Source of the DNA: an uncultured delta proteobacterium
GTDB lineage: Bacteria > Desulfobacterota > Desulfobacteria > Desulfobacterales > JAFDCJ01
DNA: 64,000 nucleotides
Assembly: GCA_963769935.1 (NCBI GenBank)
Contig: CAVYNY010000009.1
Location: 96,001 to 160,000, forward strand
Direction: 5' to 3'
Position numbers and translations under genes: made by a program. Of the stretch, positions 8,235 through 18,887 are shown piece after piece; position 1 is the first letter of the stretch; the number at the start of each line of letters is the position of its first letter. Under the pieces are notes generated by a model that was given only the letters and a program-made list of their open reading frames with translations, did no database searches and was not told the origin of the DNA.

Positions 8235-10055
8235 GTGAGCATGACGCCTGATATAATGCTGACCATGATCGTTCTGTTTTTTGTGATTTTTCTTTTTATT
8301 TTTGAATGGGTGCGGGTGGATGTTGTCGGAATAATTATGATGGTATTGTTGCCGCTGGCCGGTTTGATATCGCCCAAAGAGGCCTTCGTCGGTTTGAGCA
8401 GCAACGCCGTATGTTCCATCATTGCGGTTATTATCATCGGTGCCGGTCTTGACAAGACCGGTGTGATGAATCAGGTGGCCGGCCCCATCATCAAACTGGC
8501 CGGAAAAAGCGAAAAGAGAATTATAATTCTGATATCGGGAACCGTCGGGATAATCTCCAGCATGATGCAAAACATCGGTGCGGCCGCACTTTTCCTGCCG
8601 GCTGCGCAGCGTATTGCCAAACGCATGGAGGTACCCGTATCCCGCATCCTGATGCCCCTGGGATTTTGCGCCATCATCGGCGGGACCATCACGCTGGTGG
8701 GTGCCAGCCCGACTATTTTGTTGAACGATCTCATGGTCCTGGGTACGGAAAAACTGGAGCCTTTCGGTCTGTTTACCCAAACGCCTATCGGGATCTGCCT
8801 GCTGGCCAGCGCCATACTCTATTTCACATTGTTCGGAAAATTCATTCTACCAGCCGCCGAAGGCGAAGCCGACCGCGGCGTTACCGCCTCCCTGTTGGAA
8901 GCCTACAGTCCCCTGGGGACCGTATTCGAACTGCACGTCTCCGATGATTTTAAGGGCCCGCATACCCTGGAAAAACTCGCAATCCGGGAGCAGTTTCTAA
9001 CCACCGTGGTGGCCATCAATCACGCCGCCAAAAAGGAAAAAATATTTGTGCCCCATAGCACCGATACGATCGAACCCGGTGATGATATTGCCGCGGTCGG
9101 CCGGGAAAAAAACATTCGCGCGCTGGCCGGAGAGTACGGCTGGCAGATAAAAGGGGGATTGGAAGTATTTGCCGAAAGTATGGCACGAACCAATGCCGGC
9201 ATGGCGGAGACCATTGTTTCCCCCCGCTCGGAGCTGATCAATAAAACTCTGAGTGAAATCAATTTCAAAGAGCTTTACGGTGTCAACCCCGTCGCCTTGT
9301 CCAAGGGCCGCAAAATTTTCTACAGCGGCCTGACCAACATTGCCCTGGAAATGGGTGACACACTCCTGCTGCAAGGGCCGTGGGAACGATTTCACATCTT
9401 AAAAAACCGGCCGCAGCCGCGCGCCCTGAGCTTTGCCACCCCGCTGGAGGGCGAAATCCTGCGGCCGCAAAAAGCCAAACTGGCCTGTGGCTGGTTGGCG
9501 GCGGCCCTGCTGCAGATTATTATTTTCAAAGTCCAGCTCTCCGTGGCCCTGATGTCCGGAGCGCTGGGGATGATCATCACCGGGGTGCTTTCGATAGACG
9601 AGGCCTACCGGGCGGTGGATTGGATGACGGTGTTTCTACTTGCCGGGCTCATCCCCCTGGGAATTGCTTTTGAAAAAACCGGTACGGCGGCTTTAATTGC
9701 CCATAACATTCTGGCCTTAATCGGCCGGCCCAGCCCGATCGTGCTGCTGGCGGTGGTGGGCCTGATGACTTCCTTTTTCACTCTGGTAATCTCCAATGTC
9801 GGCGCAACGGTGCTGCTGGTGCCGCTGTGTATGAACATGGCCCTCATGGCGGGCGGGGATCCCCGCATGGCCGCGCTGGTGGTGGGGCTTTCCGCCTCCA
9901 ACACCTTCGTGCTGCCCACCCACCAGGTCAACGCCCTGATGATGCGGCCGGGAGGATATCGCACCGTGGATTATGCCAAAGCCGGCATCGTGATGACGAC
10001 TATCTTTTTGACCGTTGAGTTGACGATCCTATACTTCTTTTACGGAATCCAATAA
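8235..10055 (+). CDS. SLC13/DASS family permease with TrkA-C domains (sulfate or di/tricarboxylate transporter)
   Basis: EWVRVDVVG, MQNIGAAALFLP, GGTITLVGASPTILLND, ISNVGATVLLVP and PTHQVNALMMRPGGYR. Confidence 0.9.
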   Translation: MSMTPDIMLTMIVLFFVIFLFIFEWVRVDVVGIIMMVLLPLAGLISPKEAFVGLSSNAVCSIIAVIIIGAGLDKTGVMNQVAGPIIKLAGKSEKRIIILISGTVGIISSMMQNIGAAALFLPAAQRIAKRMEVPVSRILMPLGFCAIIGGTITLVGASPTILLNDLMVLGTEKLEPFGLFTQTPIGICLLASAILYFTLFGKFILPAAEGEADRGVTASLLEAYSPLGTVFELHVSDDFKGPHTLEKLAIREQFLTTVVAINHAAKKEKIFVPHSTDTIEPGDDIAAVGREKNIRALAGEYGWQIKGGLEVFAESMARTNAGMAETIVSPRSELINKTLSEINFKELYGVNPVALSKGRKIFYSGLTNIALEMGDTLLLQGPWERFHILKNRPQPRALSFATPLEGEILRPQKAKLACGWLAAALLQIIIFKVQLSVALMSGALGMIITGVLSIDEAYRAVDWMTVFLLAGLIPLGIAFEKTGTAALIAHNILALIGRPSPIVLLAVVGLMTSFFTLVISNVGATVLLVPLCMNMALMAGGDPRMAALVVGLSASNTFVLPTHQVNALMMRPGGYRTVDYAKAGIVMTTIFLTVELTILYFFYGIQ

Positions 10056-10081
10056 GCTCTGCGACCAAGGAGACCATTTCC

Positions 10082-10933
10082 ATGGCCATTATCACTATTG
10101 CCCGCGAATGCTGCAGCCATGGCGCTGAAATCGCTGAAAAAGTCGCCGAGATGCTGGGGTATGAATGTATCAGCCGGGAAATTCTGCTCGAGGCGGCATA
10201 CTTTTTCAATATCCCTGAACAGAGACTGCTGCATTCGATTCACGATGCCCCCAGCGTGCTGGAAAGAATAACCCACGGCCGGGAAAAATATCTCGCCTAT
10301 ATTCGGGCGGCACTGCTGGCGCACGTAAAAAAAGACAACATCGTCTATCATGGACATGCCGGCCATTTGCTGATTCCTGAAATTACGCATGTTCTGAAAA
10401 TAAGACTCTTTGCCGCTGAGAGCGATCGCATCGCTCTGCTGCAAAAGGAGCAGAAGATGTCGCCGGAGGAAGCCCTGGCCTTTCTGAAAAGCGAGGATAA
10501 GCAGCGGATCGACTGGACCCGCTATATTTACAATCGCGATGTCCACGACCCCGAACTGTATGATCTTATAATCAACCTAACCCACCTGAAGATTGAAGAT
10601 GCCTGCGATATTATCTGCCGGGCAGTCTCCAGCGACATCTATGCGACAACGGCTATGTCCCAAAAACTGGTCTCTGATCTGGCCGTCAGCAGCCATGTGA
10701 AAGCCGCACTGCAGGATATCTGCGACGCCGAGGTCAGCGCCGACAGCGGGATGGTTCATATTCAGGTTGTCGGGCAGAAAATCAGGAACACGGGCATCGC
10801 CACTTCCGAGCTGCAGCAGCAGGTCCGGGAAAAAATTCGCGAGGACCTGAATCAGGAGATATTACAAATCACCCGGCGCATTCCTGGTGTGAAAGAAGTT
10901 GTGTGCGACATCGATCTGCCCTACTATGCCTAA
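10082..10933 (+). CDS. Cytidylate-kinase-like family protein with BON-like C-terminus
   Basis: MAIITIARECCSHGAEIAE, NIVYHGHAGHLL and DPELYDLIIN. Confidence 0.85.
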   Translation: MAIITIARECCSHGAEIAEKVAEMLGYECISREILLEAAYFFNIPEQRLLHSIHDAPSVLERITHGREKYLAYIRAALLAHVKKDNIVYHGHAGHLLIPEITHVLKIRLFAAESDRIALLQKEQKMSPEEALAFLKSEDKQRIDWTRYIYNRDVHDPELYDLIINLTHLKIEDACDIICRAVSSDIYATTAMSQKLVSDLAVSSHVKAALQDICDAEVSADSGMVHIQVVGQKIRNTGIATSELQQQVREKIREDLNQEILQITRRIPGVKEVVCDIDLPYYA

Positions 10934-11088
10934 AGTCGCATACCGTTGATACCTAATCCGGATGAATCGGGACCAAAAAGGACAAAATAATCACGCAAAC
11001 ACGCAAGCCATTTGAAAATCAGAGCACTCGTCAACATCGACAACAAATTGTGGATGTCGTACAGTTAAACGCCTAACTGCGGATCACT

Positions 11089-12516
11089 ATGAGAGTCAGT
11101 CTACGAAAAAAAATCATCATCGCGCTTTCGCTTTTTTTGACGGCCGGCGGCTCGATGTGGCTGCTGAACTATTACAAACATTACGTTCTGAACCAGAAAC
11201 TTGAGATTCTGGAAAAAAAGGATGATCTTTTCAACACCATCCTTGAGGCCCGCCGCTACGAGAAAAACTACTTCTTATACATGGAACCGAACAATCTTGA
11301 GGAATCACTGTCCTATGCGCAGCAGGCCGAACACAAGCTGGTCAAACTCATAGAAAATTACGGCAGCTACACCCTCGATAGAAACCTCGAGAATAAGCTG
11401 GATAATCTGAGGCAATACGAAAAAGCCCTTTCGGCTTTACTTGTGCTGCATCAGCAAAAAGGGTCGTCGGTAAGCAACCCCGATCTGACGGAAACTTTTG
11501 CCGGGCGGCAGGAAGCCATCCGCATCCTGGCCCGAAAAATTACCGAGGATATGGAGAAAATCCTCAATGAGGAGCGCCGCTATGTTAATCAACTCATCCG
11601 GGAATCGAAAATCTACCACTTGCTGGCCCTGATCGGAATCGTCTCCCTAACGATATTGACCGTGCTTTTTTTTATCTTCAATGTCAACCGGCCCTTGAAG
11701 GCCATCGAAGAAGGCATTCACAAAATCGTCGAAGGAGACTACAAAAACATGCCGGCCATTTCAACCGGGGATGAATTCGAGTCTCTGGTGACCAGTTTAA
11801 ATACGATGATCAGCGAGCTGAACAAACGCAGCGAACAGCTGGTGCAAAGTGAAAAGATGGCCTCTTTGGGCACCCTGACCTCCGGCGTGGCCCATGAATT
11901 GAACAATCCGCTGAACAACATTTCCACCTCGGTTCAGATCCTGCTCGAAGAGCTGGAAGATGAGGATCTGGCATATAAAAAAGAGCTGCTAACCGAAACG
12001 GAAGGACAGATTCAGCGGGCACGGGACATCGTCAGGGCGCTGCTGGACTTCTCCCGGGAAAGATCTTTTAAACTGAAAAAGGTTAAATTTTCAGAACTGG
12101 TGGAAAACACCATTCGGTTGATTAAAGGCGAAATACCGACCAATGTGCAGCTCGCCGTTGACGTCCCCGTTGATATCGAGGGGGACATGGACCCGCGTCG
12201 GATCGAACAGGTTCTGATCAACTTAATTTTAAACGGCATCCAGGCGATGGAGCAAGGCGGCATCCTGGGCATCAAAGCCCGGTGGAAAGAAAACGATGGT
12301 GGATTTTTCTTTGAAGTCACCGATACGGGCAAAGGTATCCCACCGGAGGATATCGGCAAAATTTTTGATCCCTTTTTCACCACCAAAGATGTCGGCAAGG
12401 GATGCGGCCTGGGTCTTTCGGTCTCGCACGGCATCATCGAACAGCATGGGGGCCGAATAGAAGTAAATAGCCAAACCGGCCGGGGTACTAAGTTTACCGT
12501 TTTTTTATCTTCCTGA
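11089..12516 (+). CDS. HAMP-domain sensor histidine kinase
   Basis: Two TMs, HAMP, AHELNNPL H-box, QVLINLILNG, DTGKGI, FDPFFTTK and GLGLS. Confidence 0.95.
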   Translation: MRVSLRKKIIIALSLFLTAGGSMWLLNYYKHYVLNQKLEILEKKDDLFNTILEARRYEKNYFLYMEPNNLEESLSYAQQAEHKLVKLIENYGSYTLDRNLENKLDNLRQYEKALSALLVLHQQKGSSVSNPDLTETFAGRQEAIRILARKITEDMEKILNEERRYVNQLIRESKIYHLLALIGIVSLTILTVLFFIFNVNRPLKAIEEGIHKIVEGDYKNMPAISTGDEFESLVTSLNTMISELNKRSEQLVQSEKMASLGTLTSGVAHELNNPLNNISTSVQILLEELEDEDLAYKKELLTETEGQIQRARDIVRALLDFSRERSFKLKKVKFSELVENTIRLIKGEIPTNVQLAVDVPVDIEGDMDPRRIEQVLINLILNGIQAMEQGGILGIKARWKENDGGFFFEVTDTGKGIPPEDIGKIFDPFFTTKDVGKGCGLGLSVSHGIIEQHGGRIEVNSQTGRGTKFTVFLSS

Positions 12517-12747
12517 TGACTCGCAGCGGCTTCAATAAGTCTAGATTTCGATTGAATCCCACCTGATTTTTCATTAATATGTGTTCTTCTGTCTGGTCGC
12601 TTGGCAGAAACGTCCTCTGCGGGGCAGCAAATTGATCGCTGAGTCATTTGAATAGGTGTCAGATGTCAGACAAAACGCCCTAAGCGCCTAACCCGACGGC
12701 ACCTTTGCGACGCCATCATTTGATGATCCACATGGAAGGGAGGATTC

Positions 12748-14106
12748 ATGCAGGCATCCGTAGCCAGTATACTTGTCGTCGAAGACGAGAATATCGCTCG
12801 CCGGAACCTTGAACATATACTGAAGAAGGAAGGCTATGAGGTAATTGCGACGGGCAGCGGCGCAAAAGCGCTCGATTTGCTGCGGCACCGGGACTTCGAC
12901 CTGGTTCTCACGGATCTTAAAATGGAAAAAGTCGACGGCATGCAAGTACTCGAAAAAAGCCGGGAGCTTCACCCCTATACCGAAGTGATCATGATCACCG
13001 GGTATGCGACGGTGGATTCGGCGGTTGCGGCCATGAAAGAGGGCGCGTATCATTATATCGCCAAGCCCTACAAAATTGATGAGATCAGACAAATCGTCGG
13101 CCAGGCCCTCATGAAACGCCGGCTGCAGCTGGAAAACCGGGAACTCAGAGAATCTCTTAAAAAGGCGCAGCCGGTGCCTTTTATTGTGGGCAAAAGCAAG
13201 GCGATCACCCAGGTGCTTGAGACCATCCAGCAGATATCCTCCTCCGACACCAATGTATTGATCTTTGGTGAAAGCGGCACCGGCAAGGAACTGGCGGCAA
13301 AGGCGATCCATCATCTGAGTCCACGGTCCGAGAAGAGATTCGTGGCCTTTAACTGCGGCTCGTTTAGCGACGAACTCATGGCCAATGAGCTCTTTGGCCA
13401 TGAAAAAGGAGCTTTCACCGGCGCTGTTCAGGAAAAAAAAGGGCTGCTGCAGACGGCCGACGGCGGCACGGTCTTTCTGGATGAAATCGGTGACATGCCG
13501 ATGACCATGCAGGTGAAATTGCTGCGGGTAATTCAGGAAAAAGAGCTTTTACGCGTCGGCGGGGTGGATCCCTTTCCCGTTGACGTGCGCTTTTTAGCTG
13601 CCACTCACCGTGATCTTCAGCAGGATGTGCAAAGCGGGCATTTCCGGCAGGATCTTTACTATCGGCTCAACGTGATCGCGTTGCGGCTCCCGCCCCTGAC
13701 CGATCGCATCGACGATATTCCACTGCTGGTGAATCATTTTTTGGCCCAGAAGAGCCGGAGCATGAAAAAACAGATCGAGGCAATTGAGCCGCAAGCCATG
13801 GATCTGTTATGCCGCTACAGCTGGCCCGGCAATGTGCGGGAGTTGGAAAACATCATGGAAAGGGCCATAGCACTGGAAAATGGACCGCTGATCCGTGTGG
13901 CGGACCTGCCTGACTACGTTCACAATCTCACCATCGAGACTTATCGCCACACACCCTCGGACATTCCCTCCCTGGAAGATCAGGAAAAACGATACATTCA
14001 GTGGGTTCTGGAAAAAAGCGACGGCAACAAGAGCAAGGCGGCCAAAATTATGGGAATCGATCGCGTCTCATTATGGCGGAAGTTAAAGCGCTACGGCATC
14101 GAGTGA
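12748..14106 (+). CDS. Sigma54-dependent response regulator (NtrC/AtoC family)
   Basis: Receiver domain, GESGTGKE, GAFTGA, WPGNVRELEN and Fis HTH. Confidence 0.95.
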   Translation: MQASVASILVVEDENIARRNLEHILKKEGYEVIATGSGAKALDLLRHRDFDLVLTDLKMEKVDGMQVLEKSRELHPYTEVIMITGYATVDSAVAAMKEGAYHYIAKPYKIDEIRQIVGQALMKRRLQLENRELRESLKKAQPVPFIVGKSKAITQVLETIQQISSSDTNVLIFGESGTGKELAAKAIHHLSPRSEKRFVAFNCGSFSDELMANELFGHEKGAFTGAVQEKKGLLQTADGGTVFLDEIGDMPMTMQVKLLRVIQEKELLRVGGVDPFPVDVRFLAATHRDLQQDVQSGHFRQDLYYRLNVIALRLPPLTDRIDDIPLLVNHFLAQKSRSMKKQIEAIEPQAMDLLCRYSWPGNVRELENIMERAIALENGPLIRVADLPDYVHNLTIETYRHTPSDIPSLEDQEKRYIQWVLEKSDGNKSKAAKIMGIDRVSLWRKLKRYGIE

Positions 14107-14119
14107 TGGCATATACACG

Positions 14120-14197
14120 TAATGATGGAGTATTGGAGTATTGAAAAAAAGTTATCAAACCTTTAGCCATCACTCCAACACTCCATTACTCCAACAC
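14120..14197. repeat. Inverted 8-nt-period repeat (GGAGTATT...ACTCCAAC)
   Basis: gatggagtattggagtattg...catcactccaacactccattactccaac. The same family occurs at 28460-28580. Confidence 0.75.
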
Positions 14198-14275
14198 GCC
14201 GATGTCAAATTAAAATCCCCCTCTAAACTCACCTTATTTGGGTTCATAAAACCGTTTTGTTTTGCAGGCCACGGG

Positions 14276-14932
14276 TCAATTCAGTTTGCGCAGCTCATCA
14301 AGCGCCTCGTTGGGACCCAGCAGAATCATAATGTCGCTGTCCTTTAATACAAATTGGGCCGTCGGAATCAAGTTCAAGCGATCCGGAATGACTTCTTTGA
14401 CGGCAACTACCTGAACGCCGAACTTGTTAATGAGGTTCAACTCCCGCAGGGATTTGCCGATAAATCGGTTGGGCGGCGCCAATTGGATGATACTGTAGCC
14501 TTCAAGAAAAGGCAGATAATCCAACATATTTGGATTGTGCAGCCGTTCAGCCAGGGAAATAGCCTGATCTCTTTCCGGAAAAAAAACTTCTGAAGCCCCG
14601 ATTTTTTGAAGGATGCGTGAGTGAGCTTCGCTGAGTGCCTTGGCATACACGCGCTCAACTCCGATATCCTTCAGATTCAGGGTCGCCAGGATGGATTCGC
14701 TCAGCACGGAACCGATGCAAACTACCGCTGCATCCATTTTATCCAGTCCAAGTGCCTCCAGCGCCTTACGGTCCGTGGCGTCTGCGACTACGGCCTGACT
14801 GACCTGATCTTTGATCTCGGTAACGCGGTTTGATATTTTATCGATTACCAGGACCTCATGGCCTTTTTTGTATAGATGGATAGCCAGATAGTGACCGAAA
14901 TTTCCACTTCCCAGGATAACAAATTGTTTCAT
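14276..14932 (-). CDS. ktrA: Trk/Ktr potassium uptake regulatory subunit (RCK)
   Basis: MKQFVILGSGNFG Rossmann fold and TrkA-C domain. An alternative ATG at 14944 overlaps the ktrB stop. Confidence 0.9.
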   Translation of the reverse strand: MKQFVILGSGNFGHYLAIHLYKKGHEVLVIDKISNRVTEIKDQVSQAVVADATDRKALEALGLDKMDAAVVCIGSVLSESILATLNLKDIGVERVYAKALSEAHSRILQKIGASEVFFPERDQAISLAERLHNPNMLDYLPFLEGYSIIQLAPPNRFIGKSLRELNLINKFGVQVVAVKEVIPDRLNLIPTAQFVLKDSDIMILLGPNEALDELRKLN

Positions 14933-14940
14933 TGCAGACC

Positions 14941-16338
14941 TCATCCACTCATTATTTCTTCTTCAGCATAGTAGTAGTGGGCCGCGTCAGGGCGGCTGAC
15001 AGCCAAAGCAATAACCAGCGGGCCCAGGCGACCCACGAACATCACCAGAGACAGAATCAGCTTGCCGGCCTGGCTGAGGCTTTCCGTGATCCCGGTGGAA
15101 AGCCCCACCGTGCCGAAGGCGCTGATCACTTCAAACAGCAGCTCCAGAAATTTTCCACGGCTCAGGGGATGGGGCAATTCCCCCAGTTCGGTCATGAGGA
15201 TAGCCATGGTGGCCAGGACAATGACTATCGTGCTGATCAGCACGACACTCATGGCTTTAGCGATACTGGTTGCCGAAATGGTGCGGCGAAATATCTGCGG
15301 ACGATCATGGCCGCGCAAACGCGAGATCCCCAAAACGATCAGACTGGCAAAAGAGCTGGTTTTGATGCCGCCTCCGCAGGAGCCCGGCGAGGCGCCGATA
15401 AACATAAGCAACATAAGAACAAAAAGCGTTTCATTGGCCATTTGACCGATCGGCAGTGTATTGAATCCCGCCGTCCGTGCGCTTACGGCTTGAAAAAATC
15501 CAGCCAGAAAGCGGCCGGAGACCGGCAGGGATGCAACGGTGTTATTCCATTCCATAAAACTGATCAGCAGGCTGCTGCAAATGAGCAAAAGTGCCGTTAC
15601 CGACAAAACCAGCTTCGAATGCAAACTGAGGCGGGACCAGCGTCGCCGATTGAATGGAAAATTCCGTTTAAGCTCGGAGAGAACTAAAAATCCAATACCG
15701 CCGCATACGATCAGAAAACAAATTACCAGATTCACCGTCAAATCCTGCCGATAGGGGATAAAACTGTCTGAAAAAAAGGAAAAACCGGCGTTGCAAAAGG
15801 CGCTGACTGCATGGAAAACCGAGAAATAAAACGCCTCGCCCACCGACCGGCCGGGGAGAAACCGCAAAAACAGCAGCGACGCACCAATACCTTCAATGAC
15901 CAGCGTAAACAGGAAAACATCCCGAATAATGTCGGGAAGGCTTCGTTCTCCACCGCCGGTAAAGGCATCCTGGATCACCATTCGTCCCACGAGACTCGGC
16001 CGCCTGCCGCCGATCAGAAGAAATAAAGTCGACATGGTCATTATGCCAAGGCCACCGGCCTGGATTAATCCAAGGACGACGAGCTGTCCAAATATGCTCA
16101 GCGCACTGCCTGTATCCACAACGACCAGACCGGTCACACAACTTGCCGAAACAGCGGTAAAAAGTGCATCTACAAACCCAAGGTTGCGGCTGGTCGAGGC
16201 AGCCGGCAGCATCAATAGAGCAGTACCGACAATTATAAGGGCTGCGAATCCAAAAATTGAAAATCGCGCCGGAGATCGAAACAGTACCCGGCGGGCAAGC
16301 GTGACGGCTGCCCGGCCCAATTTTATAAAAACAGACAT
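14941..16338 (-). CDS. ktrB: Trk/Ktr potassium uptake membrane subunit
   Basis: SASCVTGL, SAFCNAGF, RTAGFNT, GASPGSCGGGIK and SAFGTVGLS pore motifs. Confidence 0.92.
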   Translation of the reverse strand: MSVFIKLGRAAVTLARRVLFRSPARFSIFGFAALIIVGTALLMLPAASTSRNLGFVDALFTAVSASCVTGLVVVDTGSALSIFGQLVVLGLIQAGGLGIMTMSTLFLLIGGRRPSLVGRMVIQDAFTGGGERSLPDIIRDVFLFTLVIEGIGASLLFLRFLPGRSVGEAFYFSVFHAVSAFCNAGFSFFSDSFIPYRQDLTVNLVICFLIVCGGIGFLVLSELKRNFPFNRRRWSRLSLHSKLVLSVTALLLICSSLLISFMEWNNTVASLPVSGRFLAGFFQAVSARTAGFNTLPIGQMANETLFVLMLLMFIGASPGSCGGGIKTSSFASLIVLGISRLRGHDRPQIFRRTISATSIAKAMSVVLISTIVIVLATMAILMTELGELPHPLSRGKFLELLFEVISAFGTVGLSTGITESLSQAGKLILSLVMFVGRLGPLVIALAVSRPDAAHYYYAEEEIMSG

Positions 16339-16389
16339 GTGTCTTTCCTTGAATGCTGCCGACCACTTGATAAAATCATACCATAATCT

Positions 16390-16983
16390 CTATCCGGCAA
16401 TTTCCGTGCTTAAAGCTGCATATTCCTTGGTCAGCGAATCGTAAAACCGCGGGGTTCTCCAGATCGGGTCATCGTCGTCCGGAACCTGCTCGGTCTTTTT
16501 TTCCTGTTTATAGATGGTCAATCCCCTGGCAAGATAGTTGTCGAGCGCATATTTATGGTCCAGGGTGCAGGTGTGAACCCAGACCCGCCGGGGGTTTAAA
16601 TCCCAGGCCAGTCGGATCGCCGCCGACAACAAGAAGCCGCCCAAACCCATCCCGATATACTGGGGCAGAAGGCCGAAAAATGCAATCTCGGCGCTTTCGG
16701 CCTGCCGCACGAGTTCAATGTAGCCGAACGGAGATCCCTTGATATACCCGATCCAGGTGGTCACCGTATCATTTTCAACCAGTGCTTTCCAGTCCGAAAG
16801 CTTCCATTTCAGCCGGCTGTACCATTTCCAGGGTCGCCCGACATTGACAAAGAAAAAATGGTTGATGACCGGTGTCGGTATTTCAACTTTTTCGACCCGC
16901 ACATCGTCTCTATCCAAAATTTTGGGCCTGAAATCCTTTGGGGACAGCATTTCAAGAAAGATCGTGGTGACTTCTATTTCCAT
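16390..16983 (-). CDS. GNAT family N-acetyltransferase
   Basis: EIAFFGLLPQYIGMGLGGFLL and RVWVHTCTLDH. Confidence 0.9.
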   Translation of the reverse strand: MEIEVTTIFLEMLSPKDFRPKILDRDDVRVEKVEIPTPVINHFFFVNVGRPWKWYSRLKWKLSDWKALVENDTVTTWIGYIKGSPFGYIELVRQAESAEIAFFGLLPQYIGMGLGGFLLSAAIRLAWDLNPRRVWVHTCTLDHKYALDNYLARGLTIYKQEKKTEQVPDDDDPIWRTPRFYDSLTKEYAALSTEIAG

Positions 16984-16984
16984 T

Positions 16985-18871
16985 TTAAACAGCCGGAATA
17001 TCGACTTTTTTCAGATCTTCGATCAGAAAATCCAATTCGAGTTTCTCCAGGCTCGCCTCCGTGGGCACACTGGTTGAAGTATCCCAGCCGATTTGTTCCA
17101 GAAACTCTTTGGTCAAAAGCTTGTAATCCAAGGTGATATCCCGGACGTTGCCCTCCTTGAGCGGCGGATCGCCGATCATCCGGCCCGGGACCTTGCGGGT
17201 CAGGGGATTGAGCCCCTCCCGCAGGTTAAAGGCGTGGCGCATGGTAAAAATTCGCATCCCGATTTCGTAAATTTTCTCCATATCATAGTCCCGCCCGGTT
17301 ACCGCCGACAACTGGGCCGGCAAAAACTGCAGCGGATAGCACAGGGCGCCGAACATACAAAGCCCGGCGGCATTCACCACTTCATGGATCGCCACCAGCT
17401 TCGAATGCGTCGGTGCCTGTCCGGAATAGGTATACTTATCCCCTTCCGGTGCATCAAACCCGGGCGGTATGAGCAGCTCCCCGCCCTGGGTGTGACGGGC
17501 CGGGGTAGCCGCCACCAGGTAGGTCGTCGCCAGACCCGGGGTAAATTTGGGATCATGGGCCGGCATCTCTTCGCCCTGAACGTGTACGGCGTATTCGGTT
17601 CCAATTTGGCCGAGTTTTTCGCAGGCTGCGGCAATGCCGTCGGCCAAAACATCTCCAAACCCTTCGCGTCTGCCCATCTTTTCCGTCAACGCTACCACGG
17701 CCTCGGCGTTGCCCCAGGTCAGTTCCAACCCGTCGGTTTGATCCTGGCTCAGCAGTCCATTCTCATAGCACTCGATGGCATACCCAATGGTTGCACCGGC
17801 GGCGATGGTGTCCAAACCCAGGTTATTGCAAATTTCGTTGACCTTGATAATCGATGCCAGATCATCATTGAGCAGGTTCGAGCCGAACATGGCCAGGGTT
17901 TCATACTCGGGCTTGTGGCCGACGCCGTCATTGAATTCGAGGGCGAATTTGCCGCTTTTTTGAATCATCCTGCCGCCGCAGGCCACCGGACAGCGCCAGC
18001 AGCCATAAGGTTTATATCCCTCAACCCCAATGACGGCATCATCGCTGATTTTTCGGGCCCGCTCGGATGCAAAATCCGTAGTCCCGGCACCGCCCCAGTT
18101 CTTTACCGGACCATCACCGCTGAGGGCTGAATCGTGGGTAAAGCCGGCGGTACCGTATTTGTGGAATACCGGATAGCCGCCGGTGGCTTCCTTTAACATC
18201 TTCTTTTTAAGCTCCATCATTCCGGCTTCATCATGCAGCGGCACCTTCATCCTGCCCTTGACAACGACTGCTTTTAATTTTTTCGAACCCATGACCGCCC
18301 CGAGCCCGGAGCGGCCGGCGGCCCGCTCCTTGTCGTTCATAATACAGGCCATCAAGGCTAATTTTTCACCGGCCGGACCGATCGAACAGATTTCACAGTC
18401 TGATCCATGCCGCTCCTTCAGCAGATCTTCCAGGGGAGAAACGCCCATCCCCGCCAGATCGGCCGCGTCCAGCAGCGAGGCGCGGCCCTCATCGATGAAC
18501 AAATATACGAGTCTGGGGGATATGCCGCTGAACAAAATGCCGTCATAGCCGGCAAATTTAAGATGGGGACCGAAGTAGCCGCCGCAGTTGGCATCTCCCC
18601 AGCCGCCGGCCGTCTTGGGAGACTTGGCAACCACCACAAACCGGGACCCGATGACAGCCGGCGTGCCGGTCAAAGGCCCGGTCAAAATCCCCAGGATATT
18701 ATCCGGCCCCAGCGGATCAGCGCCGGCCGGTATGCGGTCATACAAAAGCCTGGCGCCCAGCCCATAGCCGCCGATAAATTTGGTGCACAACTCCTCGCTC
18801 AATTTTTCTTCTGAAATTTTACCATCGTTCAGGTTGACATTCAGCAGCTTTCCCATATATCCGTTGGCCAT
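16985..18871 (-). CDS. aor: Aldehyde:ferredoxin oxidoreductase (W/Mo-pterin AOR family)
   Basis: GYMGKLLNVNL, GGWGDANCGG, AAGRSGLGAVMGSKKLK, CWRCPVAC, PEYET and GLDTI. Confidence 0.95.
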   Translation of the reverse strand: MANGYMGKLLNVNLNDGKISEEKLSEELCTKFIGGYGLGARLLYDRIPAGADPLGPDNILGILTGPLTGTPAVIGSRFVVVAKSPKTAGGWGDANCGGYFGPHLKFAGYDGILFSGISPRLVYLFIDEGRASLLDAADLAGMGVSPLEDLLKERHGSDCEICSIGPAGEKLALMACIMNDKERAAGRSGLGAVMGSKKLKAVVVKGRMKVPLHDEAGMMELKKKMLKEATGGYPVFHKYGTAGFTHDSALSGDGPVKNWGGAGTTDFASERARKISDDAVIGVEGYKPYGCWRCPVACGGRMIQKSGKFALEFNDGVGHKPEYETLAMFGSNLLNDDLASIIKVNEICNNLGLDTIAAGATIGYAIECYENGLLSQDQTDGLELTWGNAEAVVALTEKMGRREGFGDVLADGIAAACEKLGQIGTEYAVHVQGEEMPAHDPKFTPGLATTYLVAATPARHTQGGELLIPPGFDAPEGDKYTYSGQAPTHSKLVAIHEVVNAAGLCMFGALCYPLQFLPAQLSAVTGRDYDMEKIYEIGMRIFTMRHAFNLREGLNPLTRKVPGRMIGDPPLKEGNVRDITLDYKLLTKEFLEQIGWDTSTSVPTEASLEKLELDFLIEDLKKVDIPAV

Positions 18872-18887
18872 AATGTACCTCCCTAAT

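Noticed and set aside
17093..18130. Long antisense ORFs (also 40812-42041, 60325-61236, 5525-6262, 45265-46071)
   Set aside because: They are shadows of well-supported genes on the opposite strand and have no recognisable motifs.
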